A stretch of DNA of 49,672 bases, taken from assembly GCA_000934665.2 (NCBI GenBank), contig KZ538754.1, positions 1 to 49,672 of the forward strand, in the 5' to 3' direction. The translations under genes were made by a program, and so were the position numbers. How positions within the stretch are numbered: the stretch's first letter is position 1; each line of letters opens with the position of its first letter. Source of the DNA: Catajapyx aquilonaris. Taxonomy: Eukaryota. The notes below the pieces were generated by a model. That model did not search any database. It had not been told where the DNA came from and saw only the letters and a program-made list of their open reading frames with translations. Below, piece by piece: positions 35,844 through 47,140 of this stretch.

Positions 35844-36172
35844 AATTGCCTGGATGACACTTGGATCACCTTAGATGCAGTGCACCAAACCAGGAGACTC
35901 CCACATTGTTTTGGGTCACATCCACGTTGATTGCTGACTACTGTGAAGAATTGGTGAATGTACTCATAGGTAACATCAGGCATGACTCGAGATGGTTATA
36001 GTGCACCTCATCTGGGGCCTGGGTTACATTCTCATAGAATTTCTGGAATTCATTCAACCACATTTGCATTGCCCTTCAAGGCACTTCTATCAGTGATTCT
36101 GTCACTTCTATTAGTGTCATGAAGGATCTGTAATTTTTACTGAAACCTACTGTTTTTGGTACCGGTACTGTA

Positions 36173-36760
36173 CAGGGTGTTTCAGCGTCACTGGTCAAGC
36201 TCGCGCGAGGGGGTGGGGAAAAAAATCGCAGGTGGCGACAACCCCGGTCGGGTTTATAAAACAATTAGAAATACGGCAGTAATCAATTTATTTATTATAG
36301 CCGTACGGCGTGACGTCACATCCTTTCTGTTCGAATTGACTGGCGTGGACTGGCAGGTGCACTAGTGGGTTGAACGACTTTCTAGCCTTGCGTGTTGCAC
36401 TGAAAAAGGCGCTCTCCTGCTATACCGGCAGGGTACTGTACACACTCCTCAACACACTACTGTACAGTAGTACACTACTTTGCACAGTACCCTGCTGGTA
36501 TAGCATGAGAGCGCCTTTTTCAGTGCAACACGCAAGGCTAAAAAGCCGTTCAACCAGGTTCAACCCACTAGTGCACCTGCCAGTCTGCGACGGTCTATTC
36601 GAATACAGGAAGGATGTGACGTCATGCCGTACGGCCATAATAAATAAATTGAATACTGTCGTATTTCTAATTGTTTTATAAAACCGACCGGGGTTGTCGC
36701 CACCTACGATTTTTCCCCACACCCTCGCGCATGCTTGACACATGACTCTGAGACACCCTG
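36173..36760. mobile_element. Tc1/mariner-type foldback MITE
   Basis: TA|CAGGGTGTTTCAG ... CTGAGACACCCTG|TA; arms complementary over about 265 bp. Confidence 0.9.
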
Positions 36761-37227
36761 TATTATGGGGATATCACTTGGAGGGTTTAGAGATGACAGG
36801 CTGACCAGCAATAATTTTGAAGTTTCTATTTTTTTAGTGCTGGCACAGTGTCCAGCTAAACTGCAACTCTCCTGTCCAGGCGATTCGATTATCAAGTGTG
36901 GGGGAGGATGGGCACCATGTGATCAGCCAAGGAGTTTGGATGAGTGTGTGGGCAAGATGTGCAAGGCTAGAATCCACAAGAATGAAGCTGTAGTGTGCTT
37001 GTGAGTGTTATGTTGATGAATGTTACGATTGTCATGCTGCCCTATTATTCAAGTGGTCCTTTCTTCCCTAAACACAGTTAAGAATAGAATCATCTGGCTG
37101 CGGGTGTCACTTCAGCTGCACACTGAGCCAGCAGTACTCAATAAATTTTTAGGAGCTCTTAATATAATTCAATAAATTCTCTAGATTGTCTAAAGCAAAG
37201 TGTAGGAAGAAATTGACTGCACGTGTA

Positions 37228-37276
37228 CTATAGGACGCATAAAGAATGTCGGGGAGATTCTTTATGCGTCCGATAG
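37228..37276. mobile_element. 49-bp minimal MITE
   Basis: TA|CTATAGGACGCATAAAGAAT ... ATTCTTTATGCGTCCGATAG|TA; same TIR family as 9523. Confidence 0.8.
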
Positions 37277-38540
37277 TACCGTTATTGTGAGGTTCAACAT
37301 CATTGGGGTGTGTAATCAACACAATTGAAGGATGTAAATATGTACAGTAGGGGACAAATATGTGTGGGAGATATGTGAATGCATGTGGGCAGGTGCAACT
37401 ATGCAACCTGGGTTTTGGTTTCAATTGTTTTTGTATAAAAGTTTGTCAGTAACTTGACTGAAAATGTTCAAATATGCAAGTTTTAAGGGGAAATGCATGA
37501 CTTCCCCTTTAAAAATGATGCAGTACAACAAGAATACAAGGTTCAAACATGCCTGGTGTGCATTGTGGAATTATTTTGTTTAATTTTATTTGTATTTTAT
37601 TTAAATAACAACAGCAGTTGCTATGTACTCTAATTTGTATCGTTATGTTTTGGGATGTGGTGCCTTCTATCACTGGTCCACTGCATTAATGTATTCAAGT
37701 GATTTGTGGGTACTGAGAGAAAATGCACTTGTGAATGTTTCAAATGTGATTGTTTTTTTCTAAAGAAGGATTGAGGATCTGCATTTCAGGCTCATGAGTT
37801 TGGGTCATGAGAAGAACTGAAATAGTGCTTGTCCTGAAGAAGTGCTTTCTTTTTCATTACTTTTCAAATATTGTAATGAGATTGTGGTACCAATTAAAAG
37901 AAGGCGTAGATTGAAGGATGATGTGCTGATTTTATTATTCATGGGATAGGGTGTTTGGAAGCGTGTAAGAACAGGCCAGAGAAAGGTATTTTTATGATTC
38001 AAGAAGTTGCAAGCATGAGAAAAAGGTGGGTTATGACCTTGCTCCATTTTTATTGCAGGTCTGCCCAGGCCACGGTTCCAGGGTTAAAGCAGAATGATGT
38101 CGCAACACTAGTTTGGGCTTCCACTAACACAAACTTGTGGTGGTGGAAGCTCTTAGGGCTGGTTGTATCAACATGAGTTAAATTAGGAGAAAATCAGAGG
38201 TTTTCAGAAAGCTCCGACATGCGTTGTATCAAGAAATCTCGAGTAGACTTAACCTGTGGTTTGCAAACTTGTTCAATTACTGCGGGGCCCCTTCCTTGTT
38301 TATCCGTCACAGTAGCCCATTGTCTGGAAATGTTACATGACCCAAATACCATAGCGGCCTACAGAGACAAAGAAATTCGGAACGGAGCGTTCGAACAATT
38401 GGAACGAGTATTAACGAGTCTCGCATTGCTGCTTGTCCAAGTGGGCCAAGGTTGGCGGAGTGTGGGAGATATATCTATCTAATAATCTATCCATCTATTC
38501 AAGTCGGCGGAATGAGTGTCTCTGCAAAGCGGCTGAGGGA

Positions 38541-38725
38541 ATGGCTGAAGGAAGATGAAAGCGGGCTAGGACACCCAATATGACAGCACAAGAGAAGCTT
38601 CTGCTAACCGAGCTGGTTGTAAAATACAAGGAAGTAATTGAGAACAAGTGTACAGACGCAATAACAAGCCAGGAGAAGGAAGCTGGATGGGAGGCACTGG
38701 CCGAAGAGTTTGACAGAAATTCACT
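38541..38725 (+). pseudogene. Myb/SANT-like (Myb_DNA-bind_5) N-terminal fragment, probably a Harbinger ORF2 remnant
   Basis: MAEGR*KRARTPNMTAQEKLLLTELVVKYKEVIENKCTDAITSQEKEAGWEALAEEF; in-frame TGA at codon 6. Confidence 0.8.
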
Positions 38726-39279
38726 TCCAGAAACAGATACAGCAATGGACTCCCAACTCACTTTGTTTTGAAGTGATCATTCCTGCACTCTTCTTGAATC
38801 TAGAGTTGACTTGATAAGTGGATGGCATCAGGACACTTCTCATCATGTCTCAGGTTGCTGGAAGCTCTCAGGTCTCAGAGGTCAAAGTGTAACCAATCAC
38901 TGATATGTCATACATCTGCATAAACATTCTCACCATTGAAATTTCATTAGTACTACTTATAAATTAACCACCAACGTAATTGAGGAGGAAATGTCGAAGC
39001 ACAACTCACCCTTTTACTTGATAGGTAAGAGGAAAATATAGTTTTTCCCATGTATGGGTAAGGTAATTAGAAATCCTCCCAAAACTTGGTGAATAGAATA
39101 GTTGTAAGTATAACAATGAAAATGACAAATACACCGAACAATTCTCAATTCTCAAAGCATGGTTTAAGCTTATGAGTGAGGAATTTATCTGTTGAACTTC
39201 AGTTCCTCCAGCTTCCCATACACCAAGAATAATTTTCAAGTGTGAAAATCAAAGTGATTTCCTCTTTGTTTAAAAAGAA

Positions 39280-39500
39280 ATAAAGATATAAATGGATAGA
39301 TAGATGGAAGAATGAATGAATAAATGAATAAATAAATAGATAGATAAATAAATGGACAGATAGATGGAAGAATAAAATAATAAAGAAATAAAAAATAAAT
39401 GGATAGATGGAAGAATGAATAAATAAATAAATGTAAATATATATAAATAAATAAAATATAAATACATAGATAGATAAATAGATAGATATATAAACACAAA
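39280..39500. repeat. Compound ATAG/ATAA/ATGG microsatellite
   Basis: Seen directly. Confidence 0.85.
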
Positions 39501-39614
39501 TAAAAAATGTATGTAAATTTTTAAAGAAATGGCTGCGAGCAGAGATTGTAAAATGCAGAAAATTTTGACTCACCCTCGTTTATTATTCCTCGCCCAATAT
39601 TTAACGTTACAGCT

Positions 39615-39949
39615 GGGGAGGTGCGGTGGCTGAGATGGTAACGTCTCGGCTTGCTGAGTGAAAGGTCCCAGGTTCGATCCCCGCCTGGGAGCTACCTTTC
39701 GCCTGCTCTGACCTGCACCTTGGAGGTGTCTGACAACCTAACCTCCTGGGGAACAGCACATGGCCCAACGCTTGACATTGCACTTGCACCCATGTTCCCT
39801 CCCGAACAATCCCTACCCTTTCCCAATGTCCTTGTTTCCTTGCACCTGGAGCCGAAAAATAATAGAAAACTGATGGTGGTGTGCCACCCCCTATAGTTCC
39901 CGTAAGGGACATCACGGGATAAACGAAATAAAAATAAATCAATAAACAA
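39615..39949 (+). mobile_element. SINE family B (tail T2)
   Basis: A box TGGCTGAGATGG, B box GGTTCGATCCC; imperfect TSD atttaac(g/a)tt(a/g)cagct. Confidence 0.9.
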
Positions 39950-40255
39950 ATTTAACATTGCAGCTTGTATAGGATTATTACCATCATGAATGTGATGAGG
40001 TTTCTCATTGTAGTGCCCTAATCCGTTCCACACAGAAAGTATTGCACATTCATCAATTTTTATTAAATTTCTTATCTTTAAAACAAAATGAAAAGAATAT
40101 TTATATGGAAGTGATTCCACATTCCATAAAATTTTTGGAATGTACAATCATTAATCTCTCCCGGAGTCATAATGGCAGCGGAAAGTGGACACACATTACT
40201 ATATTAATTAATCAGACTCTGGAACACAAAGCTGACACTTTTTGTTTACCTCTTA

Positions 40256-41190
40256 TAGTCCAGGTGCAAGGGACAAATTTGACCCAAACTTTGCATTTTG
40301 TGACAAAAGTATGAAACTCGGTACACTTGTTCTTTGGACACTTCTGATCATATCTGGACGTGGAGCCACACCCCGGTGGAGGTCCATTTCGCAGGGTTGC
40401 CATAACTACCAGATGCAGCATCCTTTTAGGATCTTGTATTGGGTGACAAAAACACGAAACTCGCCACAATTGGTCTTTGGACACTTCCGAACATATCTGG
40501 ACGTGGGGCCACGATGACCCACCCCGGTGGAGGGCACTATCATGGTGTTGCCAAATCTAACAGACTATACAACATGCGTTTATGTTTGAATAGGGAACTT
40601 GCATTTGGTGACAAAGACGTGAAACTTGGTAGAATTGTTCTTTGGACACTTCCGAACATATCTGGACTTGGAGCCATGATGGCCCACCCCGATGGAGGGC
40701 ACTATAGCGGCGTTGCCATATCTGACAAACTGTGCAACATGCGTTTATATTTTGATAGGGAGCTTGCATTCGGTGACAAAACCATAAAATTTGGTACGTT
40801 AGTTCTTTGGACACTTCTGATCATATCTGGACGTGGGGCCACGATGACCCACCCCGAGGGAGGGCACTGTCGCGGCGTTGCCATATATAGTCGGAGCAAC
40901 CTAGGTTGACTCCACATGAATATGATATATGTCCAGATATGTTCGGAAGTGTCCAAAGAACTAACGTACCAAGTTTTATGGCTTTGTCACCGAATGCAAG
41001 CTCATTATTCAAATATAAACACATGTTGCACATTCTGTTAGATATGGCAACCCTGCGATAGTGCCCTCCCTCGGGGTGGGTCATCGTGGCTCCACGTCCA
41101 GATATGATCAGAAGTGTCCAAAGAACACGTGTACCGAGTTTCATACTTTTGTCACAAAATGCAAAGTTCAACCCCTTAGCACCCAGACTA
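40256..41190. mobile_element. Foldback element with TTA TSD; arms made of about 165-bp tandem units
   Basis: TTA|TAGTCCAGGTGC ... GCACCCAGACTA|TTA; 4 direct units at left, about 1.5 inverted units at right. Confidence 0.85.
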
Positions 41191-41209
41191 TTATAATATT
41201 ATGCGAATC

Positions 41210-41544
41210 GGGGAGGTGTAGATGGCCGTGATGGTAACGTCACGGCTTGCTGAGTGAAAGGCCCCAGGTTCGATCCCCGCCTGGGGAACTTTCCTTTCAC
41301 CTGCGTCAGGAGGGTCTCTGACCTGCACCAAGGAGGTGTCTGGCAACCTAACCTCCTGGGGGACAGCACATGACCCCTTTACCGACATTGCACTTGCACC
41401 TATGTTCTCTCCCCAAAAATCCCTATCCCTACCCTACATCCTTGTCTCCTTGCACCGGTGTATGAAGTTAAGGAGTGAAAATGGTGGTATCCCACCCCCC
41501 TAAAAAGGCTAAGCCTTATCACGGGGTAACGTAAAAAAATAATA
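41210..41544 (+). mobile_element. SINE family B (tail T2)
   Basis: 17-bp TSD ataatattatgcgaatc. Confidence 0.9.
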
Positions 41545-42174
41545 ATAATATTATGCGAATCAAAGAAACAATGTTAATGTTAACAACCATGTCAAAGTTA
41601 TTATATGGTATGTTGTTGGAGCATGCAATATCTTTGCTCTCAGAAAGAAATGTTCATATCAGTTATCATCCAAACGAATAATACATCATAGAGCACATTA
41701 TTCATCATAGAGCACTCTATGGTGGCTATGCACAAAATGGTGAGGAATGTAATAATTAGAGTTCTGAACATTATGCATGCAACTTACTAATTATCGTTTT
41801 AGTCTCTTTCAATGGAGGCCACATATCACAACCATCCAAAGGACCTGCTGTCTTCTTGTCCAAATCATCTACTCAGACCTCCACTGTTTTTCTTCTCTCC
41901 TTCCACGTGGAGCTCCATCCTTAAAGATGTGCAGTGTTTTTGTTTTCTGTGCGGCCATCACTGCATTTAGGCAATGAAATGGGTAGTCAGTGATGAGGAT
42001 ACGTCTGTTTTCTGTATCAAAACCTATGATTATGTTTTCTTCCTCCCCAGAAAAACACAATGATAGTTTTATTATGGAAATAATTGACTTTTCCAGTGAA
42101 AAAGACAGTGGAATCTACTGAAATATAATTATTGAGCAGACATGATATAGGCAAAATGTGCAACACATTATTAA

Positions 42175-42670
42175 AGGGACACTCCACTCAAAATACAAGT
42201 TGGCCCCCAAAAATCGGGCAAAAAATCCTGATTCCGAATGTGCAATCGGTTTTTTTCCTACGCCCAACGGTAACACGGAAAATAATATATCTACACACGT
42301 CGTCTGCTAAGAAGTGCGATACAACAGCATTTCGTGGCAAACCGGAGAAGTATAGTGGGCATGCCGCGCCCAGGGTCACCTACATGAGTGCCTCTCCCAC
42401 CTAGACAGTTAGACAGTTAGGGTGGGGGAGGCAACCATGTAGGCTAGGGGAACCAGGCCGCGCCAGGATGCTTTCTCTAGTTCCGCCCGGTTCCATCTGG
42501 TATCGTCGCACCTGCGCCCACCTTCCCCGCGCGCGGTTTTCGAACGACACACTTCCAGCTTTCACACTGGCCTTACCGTTCGTCTCAAAGAAAAACTTCT
42601 TATACCCTCGGGATCAGGATTTTTTGCCCGATTTTTAGAACCCAACTTGGATTTTGAGTGGAGTGTCCCT
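42175..42670. mobile_element. Kolobok-like MITE
   Basis: TTAA|AGGGACACTCCACTCAAAAT ... ATTTTGAGTGGAGTGTCCCT|TTAA. Confidence 0.88.
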
Positions 42671-43185
42671 TTAAGTTAACTACAGTAGGTGTCTTCTTAG
42701 TCATCCTGAAGTTCTGCTAACAGGATGCTCAGGAGCATTCTACCAGTCCATACCACGATAAAAATATTTGTAACATCCCTGGTTGCAAGTTTTGATATTA
42801 AGAATTAAAATATGGATAGTCTATATCATTCATATTCTTGGAATACACTGATGTAACATCATTACAGTTTATGCTAATATTAGACTTTCAGTATTTAAAA
42901 TATATAATTGTTTTTTCCTAGGTAACTCTGGGTTGCATATACGTAATCTCCCACATTGCATTCATTGTGTTTCCGCTGGCCTTCCTACAGTAAAAAATCA
43001 CTATTTCTTAGGCTTGAAAGTTCCTGTTTAATATATCGTTCATGCTAAGTTTATATTCTCTTAGCATGTCAAGAGGTGGATAGGTTGCTTTAACAATAGA
43101 ATTTACCCAAAGATATGAAACCAGAATGATCAGATGTTCAGGAAGAGTAATGGACTTCCAACTCACTTTATTTTGCAGTGATCCT

Positions 43186-43411
43186 TGTGACGAACCTGTA
43201 TCTACTCACCTGGTCCGTCGCCCGGTGTCGCTCAGTCTGGGTCCTTCAATGATAACACACCATCCTGAATACACTACTTTATTGGCACCATCTTACATCT
43301 CCTCTCCCCTCTCCGCGTCTCTCTTTCACAGTTACCAGGTCCTCCGGCCCACGCTACCCGGCCCTCACCGTTGCCAGCTCTTGCCACGTTGCCATACTCT
43401 TAAACGTGGCA
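43186..43411 (-). mobile_element. Solo LTR (gypsy-like)
   Basis: TG...CA termini; 4-bp TSD TCCT confirmed by the empty paralogous site at about 43720; AATAAA on the minus strand. Confidence 0.75.
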
Positions 43412-44120
43412 TCCTTCTTGCACCCTTCTTGAATCTAGTTGACTTAAAAAACTTGATGGCAACAGGAAACTTGTAATATTATGTATCCGGTTTCTGGAAT
43501 ACACAGATTAGTAAAATTACACTTTTTCTTCCCATTTTCATATGGGAAAAATTGCTGGTAATTGTGACTTTAAATCAGAAAAGATAACCACATTTACTGT
43601 CAACATTGGTGTCCTTATTCAGATCGTTTCTCATCATCTTTGTCACAAATGTCATAAATCATCCAGGAACAGATATTCAAGAAGAGTAGTGGACTCCCAA
43701 CTCACTTTGTTTTGCAGTGATCATTCTTGCACCCTTCTTGCATCTAGTGGCTTGAAAAATTGAAGGCAACAGAAAACCTCTGATATGAATATGGTTTTAT
43801 CTGGAAGACATTAGTAAAATTACACTCTTGCTTCTCATTTGCATATGGGAAAAATAGGAGGATCAAATAATCACCACACATGGAATAAAATATTATGGGC
43901 CCAATTCCCTTGCTGTACAGTATATAGTCTACCTTTCTGTTCCTGAATGAACAATCCTCCCTAACCTTTCCATTAGCAAGTGTTTAAGCTGGTATGATGG
44001 AAAATCCTGCAACTCAGATTGCGAGAGATGATAATTTAACATTAAGCCTACTACAAATTCCTTAATATTATATAAGTGTACATTATATAATTATAAATCA
44101 TATATTATAATTATACATTA

Positions 44121-44124
44121 TAAT

Positions 44125-44164
<40 letters not shown>

Positions 44165-44495
44165 CTTGGGTAATGCAATGCTTTCACCCCCAACCGGGGG
44201 TATATCGCATGAACCTTTATTTATTTTTGTTCAAGTTTCTCAACTCAAGGTGCAAGGAAACAAGGAAATTGGGTAAGGATAGGGATTTTCTGGGAGGGGA
44301 CACGGGTGCAAGTGCAATGTCGTTAAACGGGTCATGTGCAGTCCCCCAGGAGGTTAGGTTGCCAGACACCTCCTTGGTGCAGGTCAGAGACCCTCCTGAC
44401 GCAGGTGAAAGGAAAGTTCCCCAGGCGGGGATCGAACCTGGGGCCTTTCACTCAGCAAGCCGTGACGTTACCATCACGGCCACCACACCTCCCCC
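44121..44495 (-). mobile_element. SINE family B with tail T1
   Basis: Body nearly identical to 41210 and 28163 but with a different 3' module and (ATT)n. Confidence 0.9.
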
Positions 44496-45297
44496 AATAA
44501 TATTATACATTCAATCATTGTGATATTGCTACATTTGAATAGCAAGACCTGATTGTCCATTGGGATTCGTCATGAATTACTCACAAAAATCAAGGTAGCC
44601 ATAATTTTATGATGATGATGGTGCAGAGCTTAAGCTACTTATGCACACAAACATATCAATTGAAGAATGTCAAGACCTACAACCCATAATAAGTCAGTCA
44701 TATTTGACTGATTTTGAGATGGCAGTTTAACTGAAGATTGCATGATCTCTTGTAGGATTTTTTTTCAAGCGTAAAATTGAGTAATATCCATATACCATAG
44801 ATCGGTCTTGACCATTAGAAAGGGGATATAATCATTATGGACTGCAGTAAACTATGCCTCACTCAAATTTGACGAAAGCTCGACTCTGATCATTATGTAT
44901 TTCAGGTACGGTATGAATTCGTTGAACAGTGGGTTCAGGCATTGTAACCTGTTGTCGAGGACTCTCCCTGCCAAACTTCTCTTCATCACTGCTAGTCTGT
45001 CACCTGCCAACAAAATCTATGGAGGTGGCAACACAAGTGAAAGGCTCTCGCGTGCCCGCCCGGCTTGGGGAGCACACCACGTGGGGCTAGGCCGAGTGAC
45101 CACACCAGCCCAGTTCCTGTCCCCTTTAACCCAAGTCACCCCAAGAGGGGACACCAGTTTCTTATCAAACTGATTTTTAATTAGCAAACCACACTATTGC
45201 AACTTACAACACGCCGGGGCCCAACGGCCGGCCGCTCAGGTCACCACAAGCAGGAGGCCAGGAAACACACATCCACACTCAAGTCATCCCCACCTCA

Positions 45298-45510
45298 AAG
45301 CCGGTACCGACGTAAGAGTTTTCTCTCATAAGAGGAGCCAACTGCGCATGCCCGGATACGAGGAAAGAGGAAAAGTTGAAAATTTTCAACTTTAATCCCC
45401 TTTTAGAGGGACAAGAGGGGCCCTGAGGCGACAAAGAGTCCGTCTCGACGTACAAGATTTCTCGCGTAAGAGGACTCTTATGAGAGAAACTCTAACGTGG
45501 ATACCGGCTT
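45298..45510. mobile_element. PIF/Harbinger-like MITE
   Basis: TCA|AAGCCGGTACCGACGTAAGAG ... CTCTAACGTGGATACCGGCTT|TCA. Confidence 0.75.
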
Positions 45511-45977
45511 TCACTCTGTAGTCTGTCCTTTGTCTCTCACTCCTCACCCTACTTCCCCCAAGCCTCCACCAGGTGGAAGCCCTTACTCTCCACTGCTCCC
45601 CTCTGTGGCGCCATGTTCAAATGCGGGAATGCCACAAGGCACTTGTCAAATGTTTCAGAGGGATACATGTAAATATACAGTATTACACCAAGTCTTGAAC
45701 AGTTCGTGTAATGCAACTTTGAGCGCTGGGACCATTGTTCAGACCTCCACTTCCAGAAAAAAAAAATTCACGCATGAACTATGGGAGTGCCAAAAAGGAA
45801 AATTGTATATTCTTTCCTATTTTCCCCATGGAACAAATAAGCTTCTCAATAGTGTAAATGAAAAAAAAGGATAGCTATTGAATGCAAAACAGTGAAGATT
45901 AACTGACATACAGGGATCAAAATATGTAGTGAATTGTCAATATTATTTTTTCTACTTCCATGGGTCGCAAGAGTTAT

Positions 45978-46015
45978 TTTTATTTATTTATTTAATTTAC
46001 CCCTTACCGGGCCTA
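45978..46015 (-). mobile_element. 38-bp tail-only retroposon insertion
   Basis: 14-bp TSD gtcgcaagagttat; minus strand ...ggcccggtaaggggtaaattaaataaataaataaaa. Confidence 0.7.
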
Positions 46016-46045
46016 GTCGCAAGAGTTATATTGAATGTGCACTCA

Positions 46046-46456
46046 CCGAAGCAGTAGTGGTGTAGTGGATATGGTGTCCGACTGCTAATCGGGAGGTCCT
46101 GGGTTCGAATCCCGGAGGCCGGCGATCCTGACCTTGGTTTTCTGTGGTTTCCCAAGGTCGTTCCAGGAATAATTTCCGGGATCGTACCGTAATATAGGCC
46201 ACAGCCGCTTCCCTCCTTTCCCTGTCCTGGAGGAGATGCGGGTCAGTCGGGGGTTTCTGACCCGCATCTAGGGGGGCCATCTATGGCGAACGGACCCCCN
46301 CCCCCCCTGAGGGACTGCACACGACCCCCAACATGAGAGACATTGCACATGCACCAGTGTCCCCTCCTCCTGTCCCTGCACCAGCTACTGTACAATAATA
46401 ACATTAATAAAGGTCCGTGTGATATACCCCCAGTTGGGGGTGAAAGCACTACCCCA

Positions 46457-46512
<56 letters not shown>
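46046..46512 (+). mobile_element. SINE family D (Lm1-like core; tail T1)
   Basis: 17-bp TSD tattgaatgtgcactca; B box GGTTCGAATCCC; (ATT)n tail. Confidence 0.9.
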
Positions 46513-46516
<4 letters not shown>

Positions 46517-46662
46517 GAATGTGCACTCATTTAGATTAACGTATATTTTTATTGCATTTTGTTCTATAAAAGTCATATGGACAATTTTGCAATGCTTTCT
46601 ACACGTGCTTTCTACATGGGATAGCAAATCTCATCAAGTTCGTGATGTTAATAATCATAAAC

Positions 46663-46930
46663 TGTCAGGAACCTTGGTACTCACCTGAACATTGGCCCGG
46701 CTCGGCTCGTCGTGGGTTCGTGCAATCATACACACAGGAGTGGGGAAATACACGTCTTTTATTCTACTCGCTTACAACGCTTCTCCCTTCATCCTTCACA
46801 GTTGCCAGGCCTTCCGGCCCACGCCACATGGTTTTCACAGTTGCCAGCTTCCTTGCTACGTTGTCATAGGGACCGTGCGTTTGGAAATTTTTTGACACGT
46901 AGCGCGCGCCTCTCGTGGCGGACAGTGGCG
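46663..46930 (-). mobile_element. LTR related to 43186-43411
   Basis: Shared blocks tactcacctg, ctttatt/ttttatt, ttcacagtt.ccagg..ccggcccacgc, gttgccagct; right boundary uncertain. Confidence 0.65.
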
Positions 46931-47140
46931 TAAACATTTGGGCATGTCACTGATGTCAGGCCGGGCGGCTTGCGGACTGAGGCCTGTTTCTGTGTGTCCC
47001 CGGCGTGCCCCCGAACTTTTTTTTTGGGATGGACGACTCCAGGAACTCTGCAGGGATTACCACTGGGGCCGTCCAAGTGGTTACTGCCGTCGGCTTTAGC
47101 CCTATTCTGTGGCGAGAGTATCTGAGGCCGGCCGTTTTGA

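Noticed and set aside
40290..40900. Regular repeats resembling a CRISPR array, and a 55-aa repeat ORF (40439..40909)
   Set aside because: Whole units are homologous with no unique spacers, there are no cas genes, and they lie within a TIR element. The ORF arises from the 165-bp period.
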